A DNA stretch of 64,000 nt from Camelus ferus (GCF_009834535.1 NC_045697.1:3784001-3848000); one strand, 5' to 3'. Counted from the stretch's first letter, positions 12,158 to 24,699 are shown. Numbers and translations: made by a program. The notes: a model not told the origin generated them from the sequence alone.

Positions 12158-13849
12158 ATGGACGACCACTCCGATCACACTGGGGACCCCGAGAGGGAAA
12201 ATGGAGATGCGGAGAGCCTGGCCTCGCGGCTGTCCATGATCAAGACTAGCTCTGGCCCCCAGTCCCCTGCCGAACCCATGGAGCCGGAGTCGGAGCCGGA
12301 CCCGGAGGCTGTAGAGGCTTCAGAGGGAGGTGGTGCTGCGGCCGAGCCGGCTGAGTCCCAGGAAGGGCCGGCGGCCACCGAGGCTGCGGGCGAGGAGGGG
12401 CCCGGAGAGCCGGAGTGGCCGGCGGAGGCCGAGTCAGGGGAGCCCGCCGAGATCGGGCCTGAGGAGCCAGCCAAGCCAGGGTCCAAAGACGGGCCCCAGG
12501 AACCACAGAAGGAGGAGGAGGCGGACGAGGACGAGGAGGACGCGGAGGACGCGGAGGAGGCAGCGGAGCCGAGGAAGAAGGAAGTCCAGTCTCATGTCCC
12601 TCTGCAGCTGTCCTCGACCCGCAAGGAAGAGACTGCGCCATCCCGGGAGGCTGAGCCGAAGGGACACGTGGAGGAGGAAGGGAAAGAGAGCGAGGAGACT
12701 GAGGAGAGCGAGGGGACTGAGGAGACCGAGGGGAAGCGTGTGGAAGGACGCCGGGAGAAAAGCGAGGAAGAGCTGAGAAATGTGGACAGGGAACTCGAGT
12801 CTGACGATTACGAGTGGACTGAGGAGGTGCAGAAGCGGCAGGAGCAGCAGCTGCGCGCCGAGCTCTTGGAACAGTACCACTCCCTGATGGTGGAGCGGGG
12901 TCGCTACCAGCGCTACAACATCTACCTGCAGCACAAGATCTTCGAGGCGCTGCGCAAGAAGAAGGGCCTGGATGCAGCCGAGGTGCCTGACAAGGGCACG
13001 GAGCCTGAGGCGCCCGAGAAAGAGCAAGCATACCTACACCATCTGGTCCTGCTGGAGGATCTGAGGAAGCAACAGGCAGACGACCTGAGCTGGTATCACC
13101 AGGAGCTGGACCAGCTGAAGCAGCAGTGCAGAGAGAAGCTCTCCGAGGTGGAGAAGGAATGGCTTCACTTCCAGGCACTCAAGAAGCAGGTGGTGATGCA
13201 GGCCATGGGCAGCTGTCGGATGCAGGGTGGTCGCCAGGCCGCTCTGCAGGAGGTGGAGCAGATCCAGGCGTTGGAGGATAAGAAGGAGAAGGAGATGAGC
13301 GCCGTGAGGCTGGAGAACGTGCAGCTGAAGCAGAGTCTGGTGCATTTTGAAACCAGGATGAAGGCCCAGGAGGACCTGACTGAGGGCCTGCTCCTTATAG
13401 ATTTTGAACAGCTTAAGATTGAGAACCAGACTTTCAATGAGAAAGCTGAGGAGCGAAATGAGGAGCTTTTAAAATTACGCACCAAGTTGACCAACAATGT
13501 GCAAATAATAACACACGTGAAGGAAAAGTTACACTTTGTGGATACAGAAAATGCTCGTAAAAAGTCAGAGCTTATGGAGATTGAGGCTCAGGTGGCTCTA
13601 AGGAGGGACATCTTGACCAAGACCAAGCAAGCCCGAGACAGCCTGCGGATCGACAACATCAAGCTGAATCAGAAGTGTGGGCTTCTGGGCAAGGAATCAC
13701 TCCTTCGGGACATGGAGGAGAAGGTGGACAGGACTGAGCAGCTCAACCGGCGCTTGGAATCCCTGAAGCAGCATCACGCCGGGCTGACTTTGTCCTGCAG
13801 GGGTGTGAGGCAGAAGATCAGGGAAGCCAAAGCCTTTCTGCCCTCTTGA
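12158..13849 (+). CDS. CCDC96: Coiled-coil domain-containing protein 96 / cilia- and flagella-associated protein 184, single exon, 563 aa
   Basis: First ATG (GAGATGG) in the 11042-13849 ORF. Acidic Glu/Pro-rich N-terminus, then a long coiled coil with DUF4201-like LLIDFEQLKIENQTFNEKAEERNEEL. Head-to-head with TADA2B as in the known locus. Confidence 0.93.
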   Translation: MDDHSDHTGDPERENGDAESLASRLSMIKTSSGPQSPAEPMEPESEPDPEAVEASEGGGAAAEPAESQEGPAATEAAGEEGPGEPEWPAEAESGEPAEIGPEEPAKPGSKDGPQEPQKEEEADEDEEDAEDAEEAAEPRKKEVQSHVPLQLSSTRKEETAPSREAEPKGHVEEEGKESEETEESEGTEETEGKRVEGRREKSEEELRNVDRELESDDYEWTEEVQKRQEQQLRAELLEQYHSLMVERGRYQRYNIYLQHKIFEALRKKKGLDAAEVPDKGTEPEAPEKEQAYLHHLVLLEDLRKQQADDLSWYHQELDQLKQQCREKLSEVEKEWLHFQALKKQVVMQAMGSCRMQGGRQAALQEVEQIQALEDKKEKEMSAVRLENVQLKQSLVHFETRMKAQEDLTEGLLLIDFEQLKIENQTFNEKAEERNEELLKLRTKLTNNVQIITHVKEKLHFVDTENARKKSELMEIEAQVALRRDILTKTKQARDSLRIDNIKLNQKCGLLGKESLLRDMEEKVDRTEQLNRRLESLKQHHAGLTLSCRGVRQKIREAKAFLPS

Positions 13850-14243
13850 CACAATGATTGAAAGGGTCCACAGAACATCTTCAGTCTCAGCAAACCTCAT
13901 CCGTCATTAACTTTTATTCTCCATCTGTTGCCATTCTTAGAAAGGCCCATGATATTTGGGATGGAATTGTATTTTGTATTCTTAGTTTTTCAAGCTTCCA
14001 AATTAGTGCTGAGCATAAAACCGAGCACTGTTTATATGGGATGAAGTAAAACAGGTACCGAGAGACAAACATGGATGATTTAATGTCCCTGACTTCTAGA
14101 AAGCTCTCAAAAGCTGTTTTATATCTGAACAATTCCATAGTTTCAGTGTCCTGATACTGAGGAAAACTGTTCCTCCTCCATGTGCAGAAGGGTTCAACAA
14201 ATGGGCAGGGTGTCAAAAAAATTTCCTGTGTATTAAGCTAATT

Positions 14244-14368
14244 ATTAAATCCCCTTTGAATGGATTGCACTGTGTCATCCCGAGTCACTGTCTCAATTCG
14301 AAGCTCACTAATTCCCTTAGTCTAAAATTGTTTTGCATGTAAGTAGCACCAGCTTCTGGGTTAATAAA
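14244..14368 (+). terminator. Candidate CCDC96 polyadenylation signals
   Basis: ATTAAA at 14244-14249 and AATAAA at 14363-14368, 400-520 nt after the stop. Which one is used cannot be determined from sequence. Confidence 0.45.
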
Positions 14369-17300
14369 AACACCAGGAACAGGAGGAATGGTAACTAGGG
14401 AACGGGGCTTATGTTCCTTCATCTCTCTTTTTTCAATGAAAGGAAGCTCAGTCTGCTTTACTATGAATGTTTGTTTCTGGCTCAATGACAGTCTTCAATT
14501 CTAATGAAACGTTTTCTTGGATCCACTAAAGAAATGCATTGATCTGTACCAAAAAAAAAAGAAAGAAAGAAATTTTGTTTTCTAGTGAAAACAAAATAGT
14601 GATTGTATTATGTTTTTCCAGGTGCAAAATATACAGTGGTGACTGCTGACTGTCCGTAAGCCTTTTGTTTTCAACAAGATATTTTCAGATCTTGGCAACA
14701 CTACAGACCCTCACTAGGCATGTGATTTTACACTGTATCAAATATTAAAATGTCTGTCGTCCCTTGAGTTAATGTACAACAGGCCCGATAGGTCTAGCTC
14801 CTTAACCCAGAGTGATTAACATTTTCAGTTTTCTTTGATGCTTTTGGAGCTAGAGGCCTGGTTTTAATTCTTCTTAATCTAAGCTTGAATTTTCAGATGT
14901 TCAGATTTTGGATTAAAAGTATTTTCCCATCTGTAAACTTAAGAAGGATCATAAGAAGGGTGATCTAGTTTTTGGTACTACACACCTTTAAAGAACGGTC
15001 GAAACCCCACTCTGGGCAGATGACTCAGTTGTTCCAAGAGAATGTCACAATAACTTTTGTCTTTGGATGACATGATTTTGTTTTCTAAATGTGTTCCCTT
15101 TGAAGCCAATACAGGTTGATTAAAATTGCTTTTCTAACCTGCACAGCTTAAATACACTTTAAAAAAAATAATACTGTACTTATTAAAGCACACAAGCGAG
15201 ACAGTGAGGGGAGTGAAAGCTTCGCCTCCCTGCTTCCATTCTCCTCATCTTCTACAATTTCTGTCTTCACCAAGACTAAGGTCAAGCAGTAAATAACTGG
15301 CAAATAGAACTTTGTTTTCCCTGCACTGCAAGCTGAAAGCAGCACCGGCCCGCTAGGTTCTTTTGTGGTCGGGGAGGCTGGCAAAGGGGCTCAATGCATT
15401 CACCAAGCAAGCAGCTTTCATTATAAGGGTGGCCATGCCTCTGGTTCACAAGAGAGAGAACAGGTTATTTTCAGCAGATTTTGAACCACTGGCAATTACC
15501 CAGGTGGAACCCAACACTGCCTCACCAGCCTTCAGCCCGGTGACAGGCAGGTCTCTGAGAGCACAGAGATACAAGAGAGACAGATGGGGTTGGTGTTGCT
15601 TTAAGCGGCCAAGTTACTAATGTTCTCTCAAGTTATATTACCTCATGCTGGAGATGTTCCAATTAGAAGATGAATACTCTGTTGACTACTTCATAACGAG
15701 GTTCTTTCTAATTAGATTATAGGAGAGCTCCCGATCCTGAAATAGCAACACATTCACAAACCGTTTAAGATTGCCCTCGAGGAAGAATGCCTCGGGCCCT
15801 AAAGCATCCTCTCCCCAGTTTTACTGACCTCCCTCTGTCCGCACAGCGGCCTGCGTTTAGCCCCAGCCCAGCCTTTGACCCACTGCTTTATGACTGTCCA
15901 CTGAGTTCTCTGGGCCCCATGATACAAAGGCCCTGCGAGGCCTGTTGATTTATCATCCACCCTAGTGGCCAGCACAGGGCTGAGCACATAACCGGTGTTC
16001 AATAAACTTGTTAGATTAATACATTAATATAATGCCAGTCTCGTTTTCTGAAGATAAGTGTTACTTGAATGCTTATGATATGTCGGGCACCAAGTCCTAT
16101 GTCGGATTCAAAACTAACTACAGGTAGAAAGAGGCTCTCTCAAGAAGCAGAACCAGTGAGGGAGACGACAGGGAGGCAGGCTCACAGCCACGGAACGACG
16201 ATGTTGCAGACAGAGCCGGCCACTCCACCAGGGACCCATCCTCCCCGAGGGGAAGGTTGAGGAGTAATGCGGAGTCTGGACTAGAAACCCCTAAAACTAC
16301 CATTATTTTTATGACCACTAAAACCAAGGGCTAAAGACTTTTTCATCTCCTTGTCAAAAAGTACAAGGCCTGAAAAATGCAGGCACAATAAATTTTGAAT
16401 GCATTATTATACGAAACTAGCCTTTTTGTCTTGTTTTCAACATTTTATCCTAATTTAGAACGGACAGGTGCACAGCACTTGCTGATCTCCAGGCCGAGGG
16501 CCAAGGCGTCGTCTTAAGTGCGAGGACTCTGGCTCTTGAATGACTGAGCCCTTCTCAATTGCCCTGTGGACTTCAGCTTCCCTACCTTTTCCAGTTCTCA
16601 CTCACACTCAATTCAATACCAATTTAATGATATTTGCCCTTTTTGAGACTTTCCAAAGCATTTAGTTTGACGTTCGTAGAAACAAAAATTCTTTTTTTCA
16701 CCACCATTGGTCTACATGATATTTAATTAAATTATGTAAATACAGTAATTACTACCTCGGGCATAAACGAACTTTGGAACCACAACAATCACAATGACTT
16801 ACACTCAACTCATGGAAGTGGATGTGGACGTGCTGGAGAGTGGCCTCCCAAGCCAGGAGCATTCAGGGTAAACTGGCCTTGTTTTAAAAAATTCGGCTGA
16901 GTCAGATGTGTCCCCTTCAATGTTACAGTTTTTTTGGTTTGTTTTCAGCAGCCCTGGCAGGAGTGAGGCAGGCACTATGACAGAGCCCAAGGCATCTGAA
17001 AAAGAAACACTTTTTCTTGGTAAATGAAAATCATTTTTGGTGACTTAACCACATTTATAATTTTTTAACTATAGAAGTGGAAATACATGCTCTTTTGACA
17101 AGTTCCTCTGCAGCTGTAATTTAGCTTTTCGCCACTGGCCAGGGGTGCTTGTCTATGAAATGAGTTAATGCACCCCAACTTGGCAGGGGTAGTCTTTTAA
17201 GTCAGAGTGATGAAGCATGAAAATGCTACGCAAGGAAAGGGCTCCAGGAGACTACATCCCCCGTGTTGGGACGACTCGTCAGAGCAGCTAGCTGGAAGGG

Positions 17301-19784
17301 CGCTGCTCAAGTCCGTGGCTCCGACTTCGCACGTAATAACCAACGTCTAAGTACTTCAGTGAATAAATGTACACCCTCTCCAATTTTTTAATCGATGAAG
17401 TCTTCTATTTTTTCACCCAAAGGATGCCAAGGACTACACAGATGTACCTAGAAGGGGAAGACGTGCAGTGCTGGAGAAAAGACTTTGGAATCAGGCTGGC
17501 CAGCATTCAGCCGTCTTCTCAGTATGCCCTGGGACTAATACCTCAGCTTCCTAAGCCTCAACGTACCCACCTGTAAAATAGGGACAAATTTATTTATAGG
17601 AATAAAAGACAAAAATACGAAAAAAGTCTCTTCTCTGGGTGGTGAAGTTACGACATGTGTGTTTGTGTTTCTGTATTTCCAAATTTTATACCATGAACGG
17701 GCATTTAATTAGGGGGAAAAAAATCCCAATTTTTAAAATTCATACGTTCACCAAGAGTGAGTGTAAGATACTAAAAGTTTACATGCCAGGAGCATGATTC
17801 CAATGGCAGTTGTTTCTTTTAATGACACAATTAGTACAGCATTTTAGGATTATTTTAATCCTCAGAAGCCAGGGGATAGGTGCTGGGCACTCTTCTTAAC
17901 CTTCGGTTACAGAAAAGGGAGACAAGGCTTAAGAGAATTTAAATTCTCCAGTTCTTAAGAAACCTTAAGAAGTTGTTGAAATGATTGCTTTTGACCAAGC
18001 AAAGCACTGAACTGATTCTCAGACTTCGATGGATGAGGGAGATTAACAAATGTTTACATACTCAAGACCGTCAAATTTGAGTTGAATCTTTGTGTCTTCT
18101 GTGTCATGTTGTCCGCAGTCAGATTTCTTCCAAAGTCTATTTTCTAAGAATGAAGAACTTTCCTATAATATTAAAAGGCTTAAAAAAAATTTTCCAGTTC
18201 TTAACCTCCAGCTAATCTGCCCCTTAAATGTGAATTTACTTTTGGTTGGAACAGTCTCTGCCAGGAGCTCTGAACAGGGTGAAGCAGCTGAAGAAACGTG
18301 TTTAAGAAAACTGTGAGACTTGGGTGGAGCCCGTGGGCGGGGGAGGAGGCCACTGGCCCTCCTTCCAACAGGGAACCCCGCAGGGCTCAGGCACCCTGGG
18401 CAAGGGGCTCGGGCAGCTAGTCCTGAGTACAGGGCCTTGGCGTTGCCAAGCCTGGTGGGGCAGCTCTGTCCTAGATCAGGCGAGGAGCCTGGAGCAAAGT
18501 AAGTGCACAGCTGAGTCCTAGGTGGGCAGGTCTGCGCTTGGGGGCCCCTCTGAGGACTGGCCTTGGCTCATGGGCCTCCCCCTCTGGCCGCGCCCTTCCT
18601 CTGGTCCCCTAGGAACCAACACTCACCTCAAGGTCCAGCCTGGTGGCTCCCTGCCTCCCGCCCGGCTGGTGCAGCATCTCATTCCCTCTCTTGCCTTGGA
18701 GGCAGGCTGCACACATCGGGTGCTGGTTTCTGAACCGTCAGCCCCCCAGTTTCTCTCAGGAGAATATTCCACAACTTCCACCCCACTGCTCATGCATTTC
18801 CCGGGGATCTCCGCGAGGGGCCGGCCGGTGGGCATGGCCCTCCCTGCTTGGAGTGGAGGTCCAAGCTACCAGAAGCTTCCAAAGGCCCTGGAGCAGAGCT
18901 GTTCTCTGGAGAGGGGTGTTTCTGAGCAAGGGCTGGGGAACCACAAGGCTGGAGTCTGAACTTTGAACTGGAGCCACAGCTTTGAACTCCAGCTCTGCCG
19001 CTAACTGGCCATAGGAGCCCAAGCCAATCATTTCTCTGAGCCAGAGCTGCTGTGGAGACCAGTGAGGTCACTGACTGAGCACTCCGCCCAGGGCCTGGCA
19101 TTGGGGGAGCAGTGAGTGAGCCCCTTCGACCACCCTCGGCCTGCAGAGAATGGAGGGAACAGAACCGTGGCCCAGGGCGGTGACGCAGTTCGCCCATGGA
19201 GATGCAGGGCACAGATTCTGACTGTCGTGTGCAGGCCAAAGACATCAGAGCAGACGCCCCGCAGGCTGCTGTCTCTGGGCAGCACCACCTACAACGTGAG
19301 CGCCGCTCTGCTCAGTTCTGCGGGGACCTGAGGCCGGGGCCTGCTCACTGTCACCGCCTGGGGCGGCACTGGGATCTCCACTCCACAGGTGGAAACGGAG
19401 GCACAGTGGCCCAGGGAAGAGGCCGGGCCACCCGGCTGCCATCACAGGGCTTCCAGCAGGTATGAGGTAATGCTGACGACCTGCTGGGACGGGTGGCATG
19501 CCTAGGGGTGTGCGCGGGAGAATGGGGCAGACTCGTGGGCCTGAGGGACCAGGGACTCTAGCCTCAGGCAGTCAGGCTTGAGAGAAGCAGCAAGCTTAGG
19601 AGAAGGGGTGTGGCACTAACTGTCCAATCCCCTGACCAAACGACCACAACTGCATCACCTTTTTATGTAACTGAGACTAATGAGGGGATTTTAAAGCATT
19701 CAAACGGTATGACGCTCAAAGTCAAGTTTCACCGTACTTCAAGGTGGTAACTCAAACTGTAAACCAAACTGCAGTGAACGTAAG

Positions 19785-22394
19785 TAACAATTTTACATGA
19801 CTTTTATTTAATAAAACCACATATTTACAATCCAAAAAGTCCTAGTTTGATACACTTTACTAAATAAAATTAAAGGTTAGCTGTACAAGCAATTAAAACA
19901 TGATATTGTAGCAAGTGTCATCAGGAGTCTTCTATCAGCAAACTATTTAAAATAGTCAAAAAACTGAGCAGTTAAAAAGTACCTTTTGAAGTGAACATTT
20001 TTCCAGATGGGATTTTGATGACTGGTGGGGACACCACTTTCAACCCTAAAGTGCCAGCTGCCCAGAGTCCTGAACCAGAAGACCTAGGTTCTGAAAACCA
20101 ACGGTGTGGGAAGGGCAGAGGGCCATCTCCTTGGGGGCAGCATTTCAATTTGTTTCCAGTTTTACTAAACAGGATTGTCAAGCAGAGCAGCACAGCCCTG
20201 TGCAGGCCGGCGGCCCTCTGCCCTCCGTGGAAAGGGGCGAGGTGACCCCAGATGGGGACTCATACCTTCCCGGCCTCTGAAGTGGACGTATCGATCCAGC
20301 TAGGCCTCGTGTGCCCCCTGAACAGGTCACGAGAACCTCTTCTGAACTGAAGACTTGGAGGTATTCCAGACTGGCCTGGAATCCTATTTGAAAACTGAAT
20401 GCATACATGGTGCTGCCCACGAGGTTTGTATCAAACTGACAACAGCGTTGAGGCTGGGGTCTGACTACCCCGGGGTCCCAAGAATGCTTTCTGGAGGCCT
20501 GCCCGCCGCCCTGTCCCCTTGCTTTCTGTCACCACTTAAGGAACATCTTTATGTACAGTAAGAAAATATATACATCTTTCAAGAACAGAAAGCCCACATC
20601 ACGGAATAAAACTGAGTACACCTGTGAGGAACAGCGGAAGGGCCTCAGCCCGTGACGTCGGGGAACGGCTGCGTCTGGAAGGCTGCCGAGAGCCCGGTGG
20701 AGACAGACGCCTCCTCCAAGACGTCGGGCAAGCCAGCGTTTAAAGGCTGAGGCAGAAAGTGGTACGCGCGCTCAGCTCCGCCACCTCCTGGAGGGTTCAG
20801 TCAGGAACAGGAGGGAAAAAACACGGGGCACGAGGACCACCACTGGCTCGGGGCTTGCTCTGCACCTGAAGTGTCATCAGCAGACATGGCAGACATAGAA
20901 AACCTACAAAAATAACGCCAGGTAGGCTCTGCCGCCAGCCCGCATCAACTTGCTGCACTGCGCTCAGAGCTGGGGCTCCCGGGGTCAGAAACGAGGTCAG
21001 CCACGGGCACTCCCGGGGTTGGGGGGGTGTGGCTGAGGCGGGCTGCAGGGTGGCAGGCCCCGCCAGCACTCGCTGCAGACAGGAGGCACCCTCGAGCCTG
21101 GCCCGCCGGGCCCTCCCAGAGACCAGCACACTAACGCAGCATCACATGGCAACCCGTTTCCATAGAGATCTGCCTGCCCTCTGGACTCCTCTGCAAAAAG
21201 TGTTCATTTCTTAGAATTTGGATAACCGAAGTTCTTACTATGAAGTTCTCCAATTAGTCAAGAAAAAGCTACAACAAAAAGGCTGCTAATGAACTTGGGG
21301 GAAAGCAGCTGCGACGGGGACAGGCTGACAGTTCGGATACTGAGCGTTCTGGCCAGGCCGTCTGGGCTGCCGGGTGGGTGCTGCTCGCTCCTCAGCCCTG
21401 ACAGCCGTCTACCTTTGCGTTAAATGTGTGAGGCGGGATGACTGCACGCAGGACTGCACCTGCCATCAGGTGACAGAGAGGAGCAAGCTTTCACAGCCAG
21501 GGAGCAGTGGCCCCACGCCCACCCCCCCCCCCCCAGCCTCCACAGAAACGACAGGCTGCAGGAGCGGGCAGGTCTCAACATCCTCTCCCCTCCCCTCTGG
21601 TTAAAGGGAGGCTGTCTCCATTCTGTTCTGCACCAGCTTTAAGCCCGTCTTCACTGTCACAGGCGTCTGTGAGCAGCTCTTCCTGCTCCAGCTCGCATTA
21701 CTCAGCAAATGTGGGAGCAATCTCTGGGAGGGCAGGCTGCCCGTGGGAGTCTAGGCGTGCATTTTCAGCCCTCGTGCTGTAATTTTGTCAAGGCAATATG
21801 GTAAAAGGTCACCCTGAAGGTCAGACCGTGTCCGGGGAGCCCGTGCGCACTCGCCAGGATTGAAAGCCCGTCGTCCTGTAATGCTATCTTTGGTAGATGG
21901 GCTTCAAAAACAAGACCTCCGGCTCGGGAAAGATTATCTTGGTAACTAAACCAGCAATCTCTTTCTTACTAAAATATGTAAATATGAGCCAATAACATCT
22001 CTGAGGTCTCCAAACAACATTTCTCATGCACCCCGGCTATGAAAGATTGTAATGTACTTTCCAGTAGTTGACATAAAAGCATTACAATTTAATTAACTTT
22101 TGCTGATGAGGGGAGGGGATTAGCCACTGCCCTATTTTTAAACCATGCAGAATATGCAGTGGTGACCACGGTCAATATTAGGCCATCATCCCACTGAGCT
22201 TCTTAAGGCTGAGCCTTGGTTTAATTCTTTACAAGTTTTTGTTGTTGTTCTATTTTGTTTAAGGCCAACTCCAGTATTAGGAATCAAACATGGAACAGCC
22301 CCTGTTCTTCTGAGCCGCCTGTGTGTCTGCCTGCGGCACCGCAGGAGCCGCCTGGAGCCGTGCTTCAGCACCGAGCACAAGTCCACCTGCCGCC
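19785..22394 (-). other. TBC1D14: TBC1D14 3'UTR (end approximate)
   Basis: Interval between the stop codon and the polyA signal; no recognisable interspersed repeats. Confidence 0.7.
19803..19808 (-). terminator. TBC1D14 polyadenylation signal AATAAA
   Basis: tttatt on the plus strand at the end of an AT-rich block, ~2.6 kb downstream of the stop, with upstream UGUA motifs and U/G-rich sequence downstream on the minus strand. Confidence 0.75.
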
Positions 22395-22460
22395 TCAGTG
22401 TCTGAGAGACGGGCTTCCTTTCTCCACGTCCCGGCTGTCCCTCTGCAGTGCGGTCAGTAC
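22395..22460 (-). CDS. TBC1D14: TBC1 domain family member 14, last coding exon
   Basis: cag|GTA; VLTALQRDSRDVEKGSPSLRH-TGA, 66 nt, phase 0. Confidence 0.93.
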   Translation of the reverse strand, partial: VLTALQRDSRDVEKGSPSLRH

Positions 22461-24071
22461 CTGGGGACACAGGGAGACAGGGGTGGGCGACCTCAGTACA
22501 CGCTGAACACACATCCCGACCAGTGTGACAGGAACCGCAGCAGCCCCGCGTCTGCCTCCCCACCTGTCCCTGCTCTGGTCCATCTTCCACACCTGCCTCC
22601 ACTCACCTTCCAACATGGAAACCTAACCACGCCATCTGGGCTCGTGCCCCACAGCCACTCCCTACCGGCCCCCAGGTGCCAGTGTCGAGGCGGGGCTCCC
22701 AGGCTCCTCTCCTTCCGCAGTCTGGCTCCGGCCCCTGCACTCGCCACCACCAACGCCGGGCTTCCCACTCCGGGACACCAACCTGCCCTCCTGGGCTCCC
22801 GCTGACCTGCCCCCTCTCTTCGCCAGCAAACCATGCGCCCTTTTCAGGCCTGAGAGATATCAGCTCTTCCCACGCCTTCCTGAGCTTCCCCAGGGTGACT
22901 TCGCTCCCTCCTCTCTGCTCTCTCAGCTTCTGGCTAACACCTTTATTTTTCTAAATATCACATTCCACTGTGACTGCCTACCAGCCGCAGTGACAACAAC
23001 AGGCCGCGGTTATTGCGCGCCCACTCCGGCCCAGTCAAGCTCTCCCAAAGCACCTCCGGCACAGTGGCTGTTTAATCCATGCAACGCTGTACGTCACCTG
23101 AGCAACAGACACTCAGACAAGTGACTTGCTAAAAGCCAAACAGCCTGTGTGGATTCAAACTCAGATTTGTTTGATTTTAAAACCAAGGGCATCTTTGCAG
23201 CACCAGTGCTAAACTACTTGGGTCAGGCACTATGCCACTTTGACTGAATTACAAATTACAAGCTATAAAGCAGAAACATTTTATGTGGGCTTCAAATAAA
23301 TTGCACAGGGGGGCTAACAGTAGATAAAAGCCACCTCTAGGTAAATGGGACTGCCGACCAAGCATAAACGTTTACCTGTTTTATAAAGTTCACCAGAGTT
23401 TAAACCTTAAGTACAGCATTTAAGAGAAATGGGCATGGGCCACAACTCCCGTGGGACCTGGAACTGAATAAACTCACTGATGCCTGCCCTCAGGCCAACC
23501 CCTATTACTATCCCACTACTGGAGAATGTCCTACTATTTAATAACCTCTGATCTGGTGTTAACCAGTAATCTTCACCTAAAATGCAAGAAGCTAAATGAC
23601 AGATGTGGGCTCAACCCTTCCCTCTTTGCGTGTTTCTGCGGGTGTGCGAGTTGGGGGACGGAGGGAAGGACCGGTGAAGAACAAAGGAAGATCAGCAGGC
23701 CTGTGACCACACAAGTTGGAAAGTCAAGGGAGTAACAGTTCTGTGCTGAATAAAGGCTATCAGCAACGGCCCTGGCTTCCTGTAGCTATTTCAGAAAACC
23801 GCTCTAAGTGACTGACCCGCAGGAGACTCCTCGCGCACTTACACACAGGCCAGCTTCGTGGGCGTGAAGCCCATGCATTCGGAGGGGCCCTACTGAGCCT
23901 AATGCTCTGCAGTCGCCATCCTGGAATTCTCCATACTAACTCTGAACACGTGGCCCCAGAGTTTCGTTTTGCATTGCGCATTTGTTTCTTAATCAGAGAA
24001 AGGCTCTTCTTTCACCAGATCCCTGATAATTATACAGCCAGTCCTGCTCACACACGAGCTCAGTGCATTTT

Positions 24072-24428
24072 TTAAAAGGTTTTCCTGGTATATAATTCAC
24101 GTAACATGTAATTTACCCATTTAAAGTGTACAATTCATTGCTTCTTAGTATATTCACAGACGTGTGCAAACCTCACCACAGTCCATTTTAGAACATTTTC
24201 ATCACCTCAAGAAGTAACCCCGTATCCTCTGGCTACCACAGCCCTGTCCCCACCTCATCCACTCCCTTGGCAACCACTAATCTACTTCCTGTCTCTACAG
24301 AGCTCCCTGTTCTGCAACTGCATGTGAATGGAATCAAACAGTCTTTCATGTCTGGCTTTTTCACATAATATAATGCTTCCAAGGTTCATCCATACTGTAG
24401 CAAGTGTTGGTACTTCACTCCTTTTTAT
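24072..24428 (-). mobile_element. L1MB-type LINE-1 3' end
   Basis: tataattcac..atttacccatttaaagtgtacaattca..tttagaacattttcatcacc..gcaaccactaatctactt. Confidence 0.85.
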
Positions 24429-24699
24429 AAACATTGTATTTATTTTAGAAATGCTACTGATAACCCCCTAAGCACAAAATAGTGCTCCCCCCCACGTAAA
24501 ACCAGGGGAGCATTTCACAGACTGACCCACGGTCCCTCCACAGCAGCTATGCTCCTTCCCCAAAGACCCAGACAGGAAGGGAGTCCGCCAGCCACAGAGC
24601 ACGTCAGACCTGGGGACAGGGAGGAAGGGAATGGCCAGCGCAGGGGGTTGAACGAAGGGCCCAGGTGAGAGGGGAAACTCTCTGGTTTAATACATAAAC

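Larger units (their letters stand above)
11130..12560. promoter_or_regulatory. CpG island / bidirectional promoter for TADA2B and CCDC96
   Basis: Very high GC and CpG density between divergent ATGs 645 bp apart. CCAAT boxes at 11967, 12004 (ATTGG) and 12064; CRE-like TGACGTC at 12054-12060; GC boxes. Confidence 0.9.

Noticed and set aside
12175..13497. Several long minus-strand ORFs over CCDC96
   Set aside because: Shadow ORFs of a GC-rich, GAG-biased coding strand.
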